Shown: piece by piece, positions 28,819 to 38,011 of the stretch
How the letters are laid out: each line of letters starts with the position of its first letter
How positions within the stretch are numbered: position 1 is the first letter of the stretch
From: Candidatus Multivorans sp.
GTDB lineage: Bacteria > Acidobacteriota > Thermoanaerobaculia > Multivoradales > Multivoraceae
Reading direction: 5' to 3'
Length of the DNA stretch: 64,000 nt
Assembly (NCBI GenBank): GCA_965247095.1
Contig: OZ251997.1
Location: forward strand, 4,320,001 to 4,384,000
Notes under the pieces: model-generated
Told to the model about the DNA's origin: nothing
Database searches by the model: none
The model's input: the letters and a program-made list of their open reading frames with translations, nothing else
Program-made: the position numbers and the translations under genes

Positions 28819-30441
28819 TCACTCGGTCAGCCGGTCGACGCCGTCGAACCCATCGAAGTCGAGTCCGAGGATCGTGGCCAGGCTGGGCGCGAGATCGATC
28901 GTGTTGGCGCGCTCTGTGACCACGCGGCCGGCGCCGTCCTGACGGCGGATAATCAGCGGCACGTGGGTGTCGTAGCCGTGCGGGGAGCCGTGGCTGGCGG
29001 TGACCGCGGAGGACGACGTCGGCAACACGTTGGGCTCCAGCACGGCGATCAGATCCCCGCTGCGGCTGGCGTAGTAACTGTTCAGGTAGAGCTCGTGGAG
29101 GGGATTGGCCGGGTCGAGTTGGGCGGGCCGGACGACCTCGGCGATCAGCGGGCAGTTGCCCATCGCCTCGATGATCTCGTCCTCGACCGCCGTCCGGTCG
29201 GCGCCGGCCGCGGTGATGGCCTCGTCGTCGAGGTAGAAGGTGTCGAGCAGGAACTCGCTGCCGTCGAAGCGCTCTTCGAGCCGCGCCAGCAACCGCTGCA
29301 GGCAGAGCGTCTGCTCGGCGCCGAAGCGCCCGCCCTGGCCTCCGTCGCGGACCACCAGCTCCGGCACGATGCCGACGCCGTGGTCGGCGGAGAGCGCGAC
29401 GACCACGTTCTCCATGCCGATCTTCTCGTCGATGAAGTCGAACAGTTCGCCGATCGTCCGGTCGAGACGCAGGATCGTGTCCAGGGTCTCCGGGGCGTTC
29501 GGGCCGAAGTTGTGGCCAACCGTGTCCAGCGCCGAGAAGCTGAGCGCAAGCAGGTCGGGGACGTCGTCGGCGCCGAGGCCCTCCGCCTCGATCAGGGTCT
29601 CGGCGAAGTCCTCGAGGTAGCCGTCGAGGAAGGGCGACCGGTAGATGGAGGCATAGAACGCCGACCGTTCGACGGTATAGCCGCCTAGAGCGTGCGGGAA
29701 GGTGTTCGTGAACAGACCGCTGTCGAGCGGCTCGATGTCGTACGCCGCGGTGTGCTCGAGGGGCAGCAGCGGCGCCCAGGGGGTGCCGAAGAGCAGATAG
29801 AGACGGCTCTGGGCGTTGAAGTCGTCGAGCCACTCGGGCTGGGAGTCCCGGTCGCCGTAGTAGGTCGAGGTTACCCAGCGGCCGGTCGGGCGGCTGTACC
29901 ACCAGACGCCGTCGGGGTGGTGCCCGCCCATCAGGATCGCTGCCCGGTCCTTGCCGCCGGCGGAGAAGACCTTGGACTCCGGATAGGCGGCCTTGAGGAG
30001 ATCGCCCAGGGTCGGGACGAGCAGGTTGCGGGGCGACACGCCGTGGTCCGGGTCCCCGCAGCAGTACGCTTCGTCACGGGTCTCCCGGTCGAACCAACCG
30101 TTGGCGATGATCCCGTGCCGCTTGGGTAACGCGCCCGTGGCCAGGGTGGCGTGGCCGGGGGCGGTCTCGGTGGCGGCGTGGAAGTGGTGGGCGTCGGTGA
30201 AGGCGACACCCTCGCGAAGCAACCGGGCCAGGCCTTCCGTGAGCAGGGGGCCGAAGCGCTCCAGGTAGTCGGCTCGCATCTGATCGACGGCGATCAGAAG
30301 GACGAGTCGGGGCGCGCCTTCGGGGACGGCGGCCGCCGGTGCGTCCGCGGGTTCGCCCTCGGGGGCGGTGGCGGGACCGCCGCAGGCCGCCAGCAACACC
30401 AGGGCGGTCGCAGCCATCAGCGACAGATGGAACCGCCTCAT
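28819..30441 (-). CDS. Alkaline phosphatase superfamily protein (PafA/NPP-like), lipoprotein
   Basis: VDQMRADYL, TAPGHAT (Thr nucleophile), DTVGH, SADHG and HGSPHGYD. Confidence 0.9.
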   Translation of the reverse strand: MRRFHLSLMAATALVLLAACGGPATAPEGEPADAPAAAVPEGAPRLVLLIAVDQMRADYLERFGPLLTEGLARLLREGVAFTDAHHFHAATETAPGHATLATGALPKRHGIIANGWFDRETRDEAYCCGDPDHGVSPRNLLVPTLGDLLKAAYPESKVFSAGGKDRAAILMGGHHPDGVWWYSRPTGRWVTSTYYGDRDSQPEWLDDFNAQSRLYLLFGTPWAPLLPLEHTAAYDIEPLDSGLFTNTFPHALGGYTVERSAFYASIYRSPFLDGYLEDFAETLIEAEGLGADDVPDLLALSFSALDTVGHNFGPNAPETLDTILRLDRTIGELFDFIDEKIGMENVVVALSADHGVGIVPELVVRDGGQGGRFGAEQTLCLQRLLARLEERFDGSEFLLDTFYLDDEAITAAGADRTAVEDEIIEAMGNCPLIAEVVRPAQLDPANPLHELYLNSYYASRSGDLIAVLEPNVLPTSSSAVTASHGSPHGYDTHVPLIIRRQDGAGRVVTERANTIDLAPSLATILGLDFDGFDGVDRLTE

Positions 30442-31181
30442 GAGTGAAGCGCTTTCAGTGGATGGCGGCCGTCGACGTGGCCCATGAACGGAGGATGAAT
30501 GCCGTAACCGATCAATTGCTGGATCCTCTCAGAGAGTTGTGGCACCTCGCCCGAGGGTACGCCGAGGATGAAGTTCTCCTGCTGGCGGGCCCACGGCGGG
30601 CAGTACTGGATGGTGAGGCCGAGGCGCGTACCGGTCGACCGGTTCTCGCCGCCGCCGTGGTAGAGGGTGCCGAGGAAGATGAGCAGCGAGCCGGCCGGCA
30701 TGGTGACCGGCTGCACCGCCGACTCGTCGGGCCGGTCGCCGTTCCAGCGGTGGCTGCCGGGCACGATGCGCGTGGCGCCGTTGTCCTCGGTGAAGTCGTC
30801 GAGCGCCCAGATCGTGCTCACGCCGAGCGCCGCGCGGGGACGGGGCAGGGGGTAGAACGAATCGTCGAAATGGAGGTTCTGGGCCGCCTCGCCCGGGTGG
30901 ATCAGGATGGCGTGGGCCACGGAGAGCAGGAAGCCGGCGCCCAGGGTGCTCTCGCAGGCGGCCATCACCGCCGGATGCTCGACGAGGGGATCGAACAGGC
31001 GGGACTTGGAGAGCAGACCGTAGACCCGCTGCGTGCTGTGTCCCTCGAACGGGTTGCGGCCGAACAGTTGCCGGTCGAGGTGCGGTTCGAGTTCCCGGCG
31101 CAGCGCGTCGACCCGCCGCCGGTCCAGAGCCTCTTCGAGGATCGCGTAGCCGTTCCGTTCAAGCTCTTCCAGATGGTCCAT
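30438..31181 (-). CDS. Phytanoyl-CoA dioxygenase (PhyH) family 2OG-Fe(II) oxygenase
   Basis: QNLHFD (HxD), WALDDFTEDNGATRIVPGSH and YHGGG. Confidence 0.9.
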   Translation of the reverse strand: MDHLEELERNGYAILEEALDRRRVDALRRELEPHLDRQLFGRNPFEGHSTQRVYGLLSKSRLFDPLVEHPAVMAACESTLGAGFLLSVAHAILIHPGEAAQNLHFDDSFYPLPRPRAALGVSTIWALDDFTEDNGATRIVPGSHRWNGDRPDESAVQPVTMPAGSLLIFLGTLYHGGGENRSTGTRLGLTIQYCPPWARQQENFILGVPSGEVPQLSERIQQLIGYGIHPPFMGHVDGRHPLKALHS

Positions 31182-31189
31182 TGCGAATG

Positions 31190-31199
31190 AGACTATCCT
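31190..31199. promoter_or_regulatory. Overlapping bidirectional -10 elements between PhyH and OCD genes
   Basis: TATCCT (+, 31194-31199) and TAGTCT (-, 31190-31195) lie in a 28 bp divergent gap with no SD. They are flanked by the inverted repeat CGAATG/CATTCG. Confidence 0.55.
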
Positions 31200-31209
31200 C
31201 CGCATTCGG

Positions 31210-32148
31210 ATGCGATTCTTCGACGCCGCCAAGACGGCCGAGCTGCTGCCCTGGGGCGCCGTGGTGGAGGCCCTGGAACGGGGCTTCCGCGACGGTTGCG
31301 AGATGCCGGTGCGCCACCATCATGGGGTCGCGGCGCCGGCCGGCGATCCCGAGGCGACGCTGCTGCTGATGCCGGCGTGGACAGCCGGCGGCTACCTCGG
31401 GGTCAAGGTGGCGACGGTCTTCCCGGGCAACGTCTCCCGCGGTCTGGGGGCGGTGCAGGCCAGCTACATCCTGTCCTCGGCGGTGACCGGGGCGCCGCTG
31501 GCGTTGATCGACGGCCTGGAGCTGACCCTGCGGCGAACGTCGTCCGCCTCGGCGCTGGCGTCGAAGTTCCTGGCGCGCCCCGATGCCCGGCGCCTGCTGG
31601 TGGTCGGCACGGGCAACCTGGCGCCCCACCTGGCGGCCGCGCACGCGGCGGTGCGGCCGGACCTCGAGATCGAGTTCTGGGGGCGCCGGCCCGAGAAGGC
31701 GTTGGCGGCGTCCCGTTCGCCGCTGCTTCAGGGGCTCCGTGCCAAGGCGGCTGTTGATCTGGAGGCGGCGGTGCGCGCGGCGGACATCGTCAGCACCGCG
31801 ACCCTGGCGACGGAACCACTCGTGCTCGGTTCATGGCTGCAGCCCGGCGTCCATGTGGATCTGGTCGGGGGCTTCACGCCGGCCATGCGCGAAACGGACG
31901 ACGAGGCGATGCGTTGCTCGACCGTCTTCGTCGACACCCGGGCAGGCGCTCTGGTGGAGGCGGGCGACCTCACCCAGCCGATCGAGTCAGGCGCCTTCGT
32001 TCCGGAAGACGTCGCCGCCGACCTCTACGAGCTGTGCCGGGGCGAGCACGGCGGGCGCAGGACCGAAGGCGAGATCACCCTGTTCAAGTCCGTCGGCGCC
32101 GCGCTCGAGGATCTCTTCGCGGCCTCCCTGCTGTGGGAACGAAGTTGA
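31210..32148 (+). CDS. Ornithine cyclodeaminase/mu-crystallin family (Pyr2C reductase-like)
   Basis: LLMPAW, GVKVATVFPGN, LTLRRTS, VGTGNLA and ITLFKSVG. Confidence 0.9.
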   Translation: MRFFDAAKTAELLPWGAVVEALERGFRDGCEMPVRHHHGVAAPAGDPEATLLLMPAWTAGGYLGVKVATVFPGNVSRGLGAVQASYILSSAVTGAPLALIDGLELTLRRTSSASALASKFLARPDARRLLVVGTGNLAPHLAAAHAAVRPDLEIEFWGRRPEKALAASRSPLLQGLRAKAAVDLEAAVRAADIVSTATLATEPLVLGSWLQPGVHVDLVGGFTPAMRETDDEAMRCSTVFVDTRAGALVEAGDLTQPIESGAFVPEDVAADLYELCRGEHGGRRTEGEITLFKSVGAALEDLFAASLLWERS

Positions 32149-32173
32149 TTCAACCCGCTAGACTCCCGTGCCC

Positions 32174-34354
32174 ATGTTCTCCACACAAGCAAGGCCGCCT
32201 CGAACCGCCGCAATCGCTTCCGCAGCCCTCCTCGCGGCCGCTCTCGCCGTGACAGCCTGCACGGCCCCCGCCGCCGGCCCGGGCGACCCGCCGATGGCTG
32301 CGGCGCGGCCGCACGAACTCGATACCCACGGCGACGTCCGCGTCGACGAGTACTACTGGCTTCGGGAGCGGGAAGATCCCGAAGTCATCGCCTACCTCGA
32401 GGCGGAGAACGAGTATCTCGACGGTGTCATGGCGCATACCGAAGAGCTGCAGGAAACCCTGTTCGAGGAGATCCGGGGCCGCATCGTGGAGGACGATTCG
32501 TCGGTTCCCTACCGCGACGGCGACTACTGGTACTACACCCGCTACGAGGAGGGGAAGCAGTACCCGATCCACTGCCGCCGGCCGGCGGACGGCGACACCT
32601 TCGGCGGCGCCGCTGATCCTGCGGCCGAGGAAGTCCTCGTCGACGTGAACGAGATCGCCGAGGGCAAGGAGTACACGTCCGTTCGTCCGGCGGTCAGCCC
32701 GGACCACCGCATCCTGGCCTATGCCGTCGACGATGTGGGGCGGCGCTTCTACACCGTGCGCTTCAAGGATCTGGCGACGGGGGAGACGCTGCCGGACGAG
32801 ATCCCCGACGTCACCGCGAACCTGGCCTGGGCCGCCGACAGTGCGACCCTGTTCTACGTCCGCCAGGATCCCGACACGCTGCGCTCCTACCAGGTGTTCC
32901 GGCACCGGCTGGGCAAGGGCGCCGCCGACGACCTCGTCTACGAGGAGCCGGACGAGACCTTCAGCGTCTTCCTGCAGCGCAGCCAGTCGCGCAAGTACCT
33001 GATGGCGGTCTCGAACCACACCCTGCGCACCGAGGTGCGGACGCTGCGTGCCGACGATCCCGATGGCGACTTCGCGGTCTTCGAGCCGCGCGGCGAGCGG
33101 CACGAGTACAGCGTCGACCACCTGGGCGACCGCTTCTGGGTGCGCACGAACGACGAAGCGCCGAACTTCCGCCTCATGTCGACCGCGGAAGACACGACCG
33201 GCCGCGCCGCCTGGCGCGAGGAGACGCCGCATCGCGACGATGTGCTGCTCGAGGGCTTCGAGCTGTTCGATCGCTTCCTGGTGCTGGCCGAACGTCGCGG
33301 CGGCCTGAACCAACTGCGGATCGAAGAGGTGGGTGGCGGCGGCGTGGAGGGTCACGACCTGGACTTCGGCGAGCCGGCCTACTCCGCAGGGCTCGGCGTC
33401 AACCCCGATCCGTCGTCGGGAACGCTCCGCTACGTCTACCAGTCGCTGACCACGCCGCGGTCCGTGTTCGACTACGACCCGGCCACGCGGGAGAAGACCC
33501 TGCGCAAGCAGGATCAGGTGCTGGGCGGGTTCGACTCGGCGGACTACCGGACCGAGCGGCTCTGGGCGGTCGCCGCGGACGGCACGGAGGTGCCTGTGTC
33601 CGTCGTCTACCGGCCCGATCTGCGTCCGGCCGAGGGCGGCAGCCCCCTGCTCCTGTACGGCTACGGCGCCTACGGCGCCAGCATGGACGCAGGATTCAGT
33701 TCGCTGCGACTGAGCCTGCTCGACCGCGGCTTCGTCTACGCCATCGCCCACATCCGCGGTGGCGAGGAGATGGGGCGTTCCTGGTACGAGGACGGCAAGC
33801 TCCTGAACAAGAAGAACACCTTCACCGACTTCATCGCCGCGGCCGAGCATCTGACGGCCGAGGGTTACGCCGATCCCGACCGGATCTATGCGATGGGCGG
33901 CAGCGCCGGAGGGCTCCTGATGGGCGCCGTGTTCAACCTGCGGCCGGACCTGTGGGGCGGCATCGTGGCGCAGGTGCCGTTCGTCGATGTCGTGACCACG
34001 ATGCTCGACGCGAGCATTCCGCTGACGACCTTCGAATGGGATGAGTGGGGGGATCCCAGGGAGCGCGAGTACTACGACTACATGCTCTCCTATTCGCCCT
34101 ACGACAACGTGGAGGCGAAGGACTACCCGCACATGCTGGTGACCACGGGGCTGCACGATTCCCAGGTCCAGTACTGGGAACCGGCCAAGTGGGTGGCCCG
34201 GCTGCGCGCGAAGAAGACGGACGGCAATCTGCTGCTGCTGAAGACGAACATGAGCGCCGGCCACGGCGGCGCTTCCGGGCGGTTCGACCGCTACCGCGAG
34301 ACAGCTCTGGTGTACGCCTTCCTGCTCGACCGCGCCGGCGCCGGGGCGCCGTAG
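32174..34354 (+). CDS. ptrB: Oligopeptidase B (S9A)
   Basis: DEYYWLR, LLYGYGAYG, GGSAGG (catalytic Ser), LHDSQV and GHGG. It has a lipoprotein-like N-terminus. Confidence 0.93.
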   Translation: MFSTQARPPRTAAIASAALLAAALAVTACTAPAAGPGDPPMAAARPHELDTHGDVRVDEYYWLREREDPEVIAYLEAENEYLDGVMAHTEELQETLFEEIRGRIVEDDSSVPYRDGDYWYYTRYEEGKQYPIHCRRPADGDTFGGAADPAAEEVLVDVNEIAEGKEYTSVRPAVSPDHRILAYAVDDVGRRFYTVRFKDLATGETLPDEIPDVTANLAWAADSATLFYVRQDPDTLRSYQVFRHRLGKGAADDLVYEEPDETFSVFLQRSQSRKYLMAVSNHTLRTEVRTLRADDPDGDFAVFEPRGERHEYSVDHLGDRFWVRTNDEAPNFRLMSTAEDTTGRAAWREETPHRDDVLLEGFELFDRFLVLAERRGGLNQLRIEEVGGGGVEGHDLDFGEPAYSAGLGVNPDPSSGTLRYVYQSLTTPRSVFDYDPATREKTLRKQDQVLGGFDSADYRTERLWAVAADGTEVPVSVVYRPDLRPAEGGSPLLLYGYGAYGASMDAGFSSLRLSLLDRGFVYAIAHIRGGEEMGRSWYEDGKLLNKKNTFTDFIAAAEHLTAEGYADPDRIYAMGGSAGGLLMGAVFNLRPDLWGGIVAQVPFVDVVTTMLDASIPLTTFEWDEWGDPREREYYDYMLSYSPYDNVEAKDYPHMLVTTGLHDSQVQYWEPAKWVARLRAKKTDGNLLLLKTNMSAGHGGASGRFDRYRETALVYAFLLDRAGAGAP

Positions 34355-34387
34355 AGCGGCGGGAACCGGGGAGCGGCGGGAACCAGG
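34354..34387. repeat. 17 bp tandem duplication
   Basis: GAGCGGCGGGAACCGGG followed by GAGCGGCGGGAACCAGG. Confidence 0.75.
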
Positions 34388-34394
34388 AGAGAAC

Positions 34395-34733
34395 GTGGCG
34401 ATCGACTTCAGCGACCGGCGGGACAAGCTCAAGCGGCAGCAGGCCGGCAGCATGCGTTTTGTGCGCGTCGTGGTGCGGGTCGCGCTGCTGTTCGCGATCG
34501 CGGCGCTGGCCGTGCTCCAGGGCTTCTCGCCGGCCTCCTGGCTGTTGCTGGGCGTGCTCTTGACCTGGGGAGCGTCCCTGCCGTACCTGCTGCGGACCGT
34601 CTTGCGCTGGGCCCGGAGGCAGGAGCATCTCGAGCGCTGGCAGCGCACGACCCTGATCTGGACCGCGGCGCTGATCCTGATCGGCGGCTTCGCCGTTCTG
34701 GCCCGGTACGTGCTGCTCCCGTCGCCGGCCTAG
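34395..34733 (+). CDS. Small membrane protein (3 TM)
   Basis: RBS AGGAG, GTG start, three hydrophobic segments. Confidence 0.7.
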   Translation: MAIDFSDRRDKLKRQQAGSMRFVRVVVRVALLFAIAALAVLQGFSPASWLLLGVLLTWGASLPYLLRTVLRWARRQEHLERWQRTTLIWTAALILIGGFAVLARYVLLPSPA

Positions 34734-34895
34734 GAGATTGCGCGGTAGAACGATCTGACCTGGGAACCCGTGTGGCGCGACCCGCGCCACACGCGAACCA
34801 CTCCGTGCGCCCGTCATCGGGCGCACGGATGGCACGCGGGCATCCTGCCCGCATCCGGCGCGAAGCGCCGGCCTCCGGTAGTTCTGCCGCGCTAG
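34730..34895. repeat. REP/MITE-like element, copy B (long form with 68 bp insert)
   Basis: Same ends as copy A, CTAG to CTAG, plus a 68 bp two-hairpin module at 34768-34835. Confidence 0.85.
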
Positions 34896-36061
34896 TAGCT
34901 CTTCGGCAGGCCGAGGACCTTCTCCGCGATGTGACAGAGGATGAGCTGCGGGCTGATCGGGGCAAGGCGCGGGATCATGACCTCGCGCATCAGACGCTCG
35001 ACATGGAACTCCTTCGCGTAGCCCATGCCGCCATGGGTCATGACGGCTTGGGTGCAGGCCTTGAAGCCCGCCTCGGCGCCGAGGTACTTCGCGGCGTTCG
35101 CGTAGTGGCCGCAAGGCTCCTCGCGGTCGTAGAGCGAGGCTGCCTGCATTGCCATCAGAAACGCCGCCTCCAGCTCCATCCAACACTCCGCCAGAGGATG
35201 CTGGATCGACTGGTTCTGGCCGATCGGACGACCGAAGACTCGTCGGTTGCGGGCGTAGTCGGTGGCCCGTTCCAGGGCGTTGCGGCCCACGCCGACTGCC
35301 TCGATGCCGATCAGGATCCGCTCCGGGTTCAGGCTGTGAAGGATGTACTCGAAGCCGCGGCCCTCGTCGCCGATGCGGTCCTCGGCCGGTATCTCGAGCC
35401 CGTCGATGAACAGTTCGTTCGAGTCCACCGCGGCCCGGCCCATCTTGGGAATGCGCCGGATGTCGACCGTCGACCGGTCGAGCGTCGTGTAGAACAGCGA
35501 AAGGCCCTTCGTCGCCTTCCCGGTCTCGGCCCGCGGCGTGGTGCGCGCCAGGAGCATGACCCGGTCCGCCTCCTGGGCGGTCGTGGTCCAGATCTTGCGG
35601 CCGTGGGCGATGTAGCTGCCGTCGGGGCGGCGCTCGGCGCGGGTGGTGATCGCGGTTGTCTCGAGTCCGGCGTCGGGCTCGGTGACCGCGAAGCAGGTCT
35701 TTGCACGGCCCTCGATCAGTTCGGGCAGGAAGCGGCGGCGCTGCTCCTCGGTCCCGAAGACCACAATGGGGTGCGGTCCGAAGATGTTGATGTGGATCGC
35801 CGAGGCCGCGCTCATGCCGCCGCCCGCGCGCGCCACCTCGTGCATCACCAGGGCGGCTTCCGTGACCCCCAGGCCCGAACCGCCGTATTCCTCCGGCATG
35901 GCGATGCCGAGCGCGCCGCACTCGGCCATGGCCCGGTGGAACTCCTCCGGGAAGCGGACCTCGTTGTCGACCGCGAGCCAGTAGTCGTCGTCGAAGGCGG
36001 CGCAGGTGCGGGCAATCCCCTCACACAATGCGCGCTGCGGTCCGGTCAGTGTGAAGTCCAT
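34892..36061 (-). CDS. Acyl-CoA dehydrogenase
   Basis: PEEYGGSG, FAVTEPDAG, GRKIWTT, RRVFGRPIGQNQ and HGGMGY. Confidence 0.93.
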   Translation of the reverse strand: MDFTLTGPQRALCEGIARTCAAFDDDYWLAVDNEVRFPEEFHRAMAECGALGIAMPEEYGGSGLGVTEAALVMHEVARAGGGMSAASAIHINIFGPHPIVVFGTEEQRRRFLPELIEGRAKTCFAVTEPDAGLETTAITTRAERRPDGSYIAHGRKIWTTTAQEADRVMLLARTTPRAETGKATKGLSLFYTTLDRSTVDIRRIPKMGRAAVDSNELFIDGLEIPAEDRIGDEGRGFEYILHSLNPERILIGIEAVGVGRNALERATDYARNRRVFGRPIGQNQSIQHPLAECWMELEAAFLMAMQAASLYDREEPCGHYANAAKYLGAEAGFKACTQAVMTHGGMGYAKEFHVERLMREVMIPRLAPISPQLILCHIAEKVLGLPKSY

Positions 36062-36103
36062 CGGAACTGCGGAGGCTACAACGAGGCGCGTTCGCACCCA
36101 GTA

Positions 36104-36583
36104 TCAGTCGACCGGTAGCCCGGCCAGCAGCTCGGCGGCCGTCGTCCGGCGGCCAGGGTGCCAGGCGTTCGGGGCGATCTGACAGAGGGGTTCGAGGACG
36201 AAGCGGCGGCGGTGCATGCGGGGGTGCGGCACCACCAGACCGGGTCCGGCAATGACGGCGTCGCCGAACAGCAGCAGGTCGAGGTCGATCGTCCGTGGGC
36301 CGGCGGCGGATGCGGTCCGATCCCGGCCGAGGCCGGCCTCGATCTCAAGCAGTCCGTCGAGCAGGGTCCGGGCGTCGAGGCGGGTTTCGATCGCCGCCGC
36401 GGCATTGAGGAACTCCGGGTCGGTGGCCGCCACGCCGCTTTCCGGTACGGCTTGGGTGGCGTGGAATCCCGAGACCGCGGTCACGTCTCCGAGTGGTCGC
36501 AGGCGGTCGATCGCGGCGCCCAGATTCGCCCGTCGACTGCCCAGGTTCGAGCCGAGGGCGACGAAGGCGCGGGTCCGGATCAC
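36104..36583 (-). CDS. folK: 2-amino-4-hydroxy-6-hydroxymethyldihydropteridine diphosphokinase
   Basis: ALGSNLG, FLNAAA, GPRTIDLDLL and VPHPRMHRRRFVLEPL. Its GTG overlaps the upstream stop. Confidence 0.93.
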   Translation of the reverse strand: MIRTRAFVALGSNLGSRRANLGAAIDRLRPLGDVTAVSGFHATQAVPESGVAATDPEFLNAAAAIETRLDARTLLDGLLEIEAGLGRDRTASAAGPRTIDLDLLLFGDAVIAGPGLVVPHPRMHRRRFVLEPLCQIAPNAWHPGRRTTAAELLAGLPVD

Positions 36584-37836
36584 GGCCGCCAGTCGACTTC
36601 GGCGCCGACTTCCGCGGCGCCGATCTGGCGCGCGGCGCCGGGCTTCGTGACCCGTACCCGCAGCGATTCGATCCGGCGCCACAGCGTCGAACCGCCTGCC
36701 GCCCGAGGGGCTTCCCGGCCGACGATGGCGGCAATCCGCTCGGCCAGTGTTTCAACGAGTCGGTACTCGTCGCGTGCCGCGACCGTTTGCGCGATGGCGG
36801 CGAGCTCAGCGTAGTCCACCGTCTCGCCCAGGTCGTCGGGCGTTCTGCGTGCCCCGGCCGTCAGGGTCACTTCGATGTCGACCAGGAGTTCCTGCGGCGC
36901 GGCGCGCTCTTCCCGGGTGACGCCGATCCGGCTCCGGCAGACGATGCCGTGTGCAAGGACGCGGCGTTGCGGCGCAGATCGATTGCGCCGTCGTGGCGCC
37001 GATCGACTGCGGCGCCGCCTCAGGGCGCCGATGCTCTCCGCCAGTTGCCGGTGCGGCTCGACATCGTGTACCCGCAGCACGTCGGCAATGCCCAGTGCCG
37101 CCGCCCAGGCGTTGACCGCCAGCGTAGCGGTCAGTCGCTCCCCGACGCGTACGCCGCCGAGCAGCCGGTCGAGAAACGATTTGCGCGACACGCCGAGCAC
37201 CAGGGGCGCGCCGATCTGCTGCAACTCGTGCAGGTTCGCGAGCAGGTCGAGGTTTTGCTCGAGCGTCTTGCCGAACCCGATCCCCGGGTCGACGAGCACC
37301 TCGACTCCGAGGCGACGTCCGGCCGCGACCCGTTCGGCGAGGTAGTCGCGGATCTCCGCCACCACGTCGTCGTAGCGGGGCTTGCGCTGCATCGTGCGCG
37401 GCTCGCCCTGCATGTGCATGGCGATCACCGGAGCGCCGTGGCGGGCCGCGACCTCGAGCATCGCCTCGCCGGCGCCGGAGATGTCGTTGATCAGGTGGGC
37501 GCCGGCAGCGAGCGCCCGATCGGCGACCTTGGGCTTCGCGGTGTCGACGCTCAGGGGCACTCCGAGGTCGAGCCGGCCGACGCCCTCGATCACCGGCAGC
37601 AGCCGGGCGAGCTCCTCCGTCGATCCCACCGGATCGGCGCCGGGCCGGGTGCTTTCGGCGCCGATGTCGATCAGGTCGGCCCCTTCCGCCGCCATGCGCC
37701 GCGCGTGTTCGATCGCGGCCTCGGAAACGTCGAAGCGGCCGCCGTCCGAGAAGCTGTCCGGCGTCACGTTGAGAACCCCCATGACGAGGGGCCGATCGTC
37801 CAAGGTCAGGATGTGCGGGCCGCAGACGAGGTCCAT
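36580..37836 (-). CDS. folP: Dihydropteroate synthase fused to a C-terminal dihydroneopterin aldolase (FolP-FolB)
   Basis: FolP motifs MGVLNVTPDSFSDGG, DPGIGFGK, SRKSF and RVHDV, then an Arg-rich linker, then FolB motifs IGVTREER...QELLVDI, TVDY, LVETLAE and VTKP. Confidence 0.9.
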   Translation of the reverse strand: MDLVCGPHILTLDDRPLVMGVLNVTPDSFSDGGRFDVSEAAIEHARRMAAEGADLIDIGAESTRPGADPVGSTEELARLLPVIEGVGRLDLGVPLSVDTAKPKVADRALAAGAHLINDISGAGEAMLEVAARHGAPVIAMHMQGEPRTMQRKPRYDDVVAEIRDYLAERVAAGRRLGVEVLVDPGIGFGKTLEQNLDLLANLHELQQIGAPLVLGVSRKSFLDRLLGGVRVGERLTATLAVNAWAAALGIADVLRVHDVEPHRQLAESIGALRRRRSRSAPRRRNRSAPQRRVLAHGIVCRSRIGVTREERAAPQELLVDIEVTLTAGARRTPDDLGETVDYAELAAIAQTVAARDEYRLVETLAERIAAIVGREAPRAAGGSTLWRRIESLRVRVTKPGAARQIGAAEVGAEVDWRP

Positions 37837-38011
37837 GGGCGCAGTCTAAGTCTCTTCCAGCGTGGCCGCGCCAATGGACCTCGTCGGAGTTGTGCGTGAT
37901 GGCGCAGCGGAATTCCGTCTCAGTCATTGGATAGAGTCGTGGCCGCGCCATCGTGGCGCCGCCGGCTCTGAGGTCGTTCCCGACTTGGACTCTGGGCCCG
38001 GAGGTGTTTCG

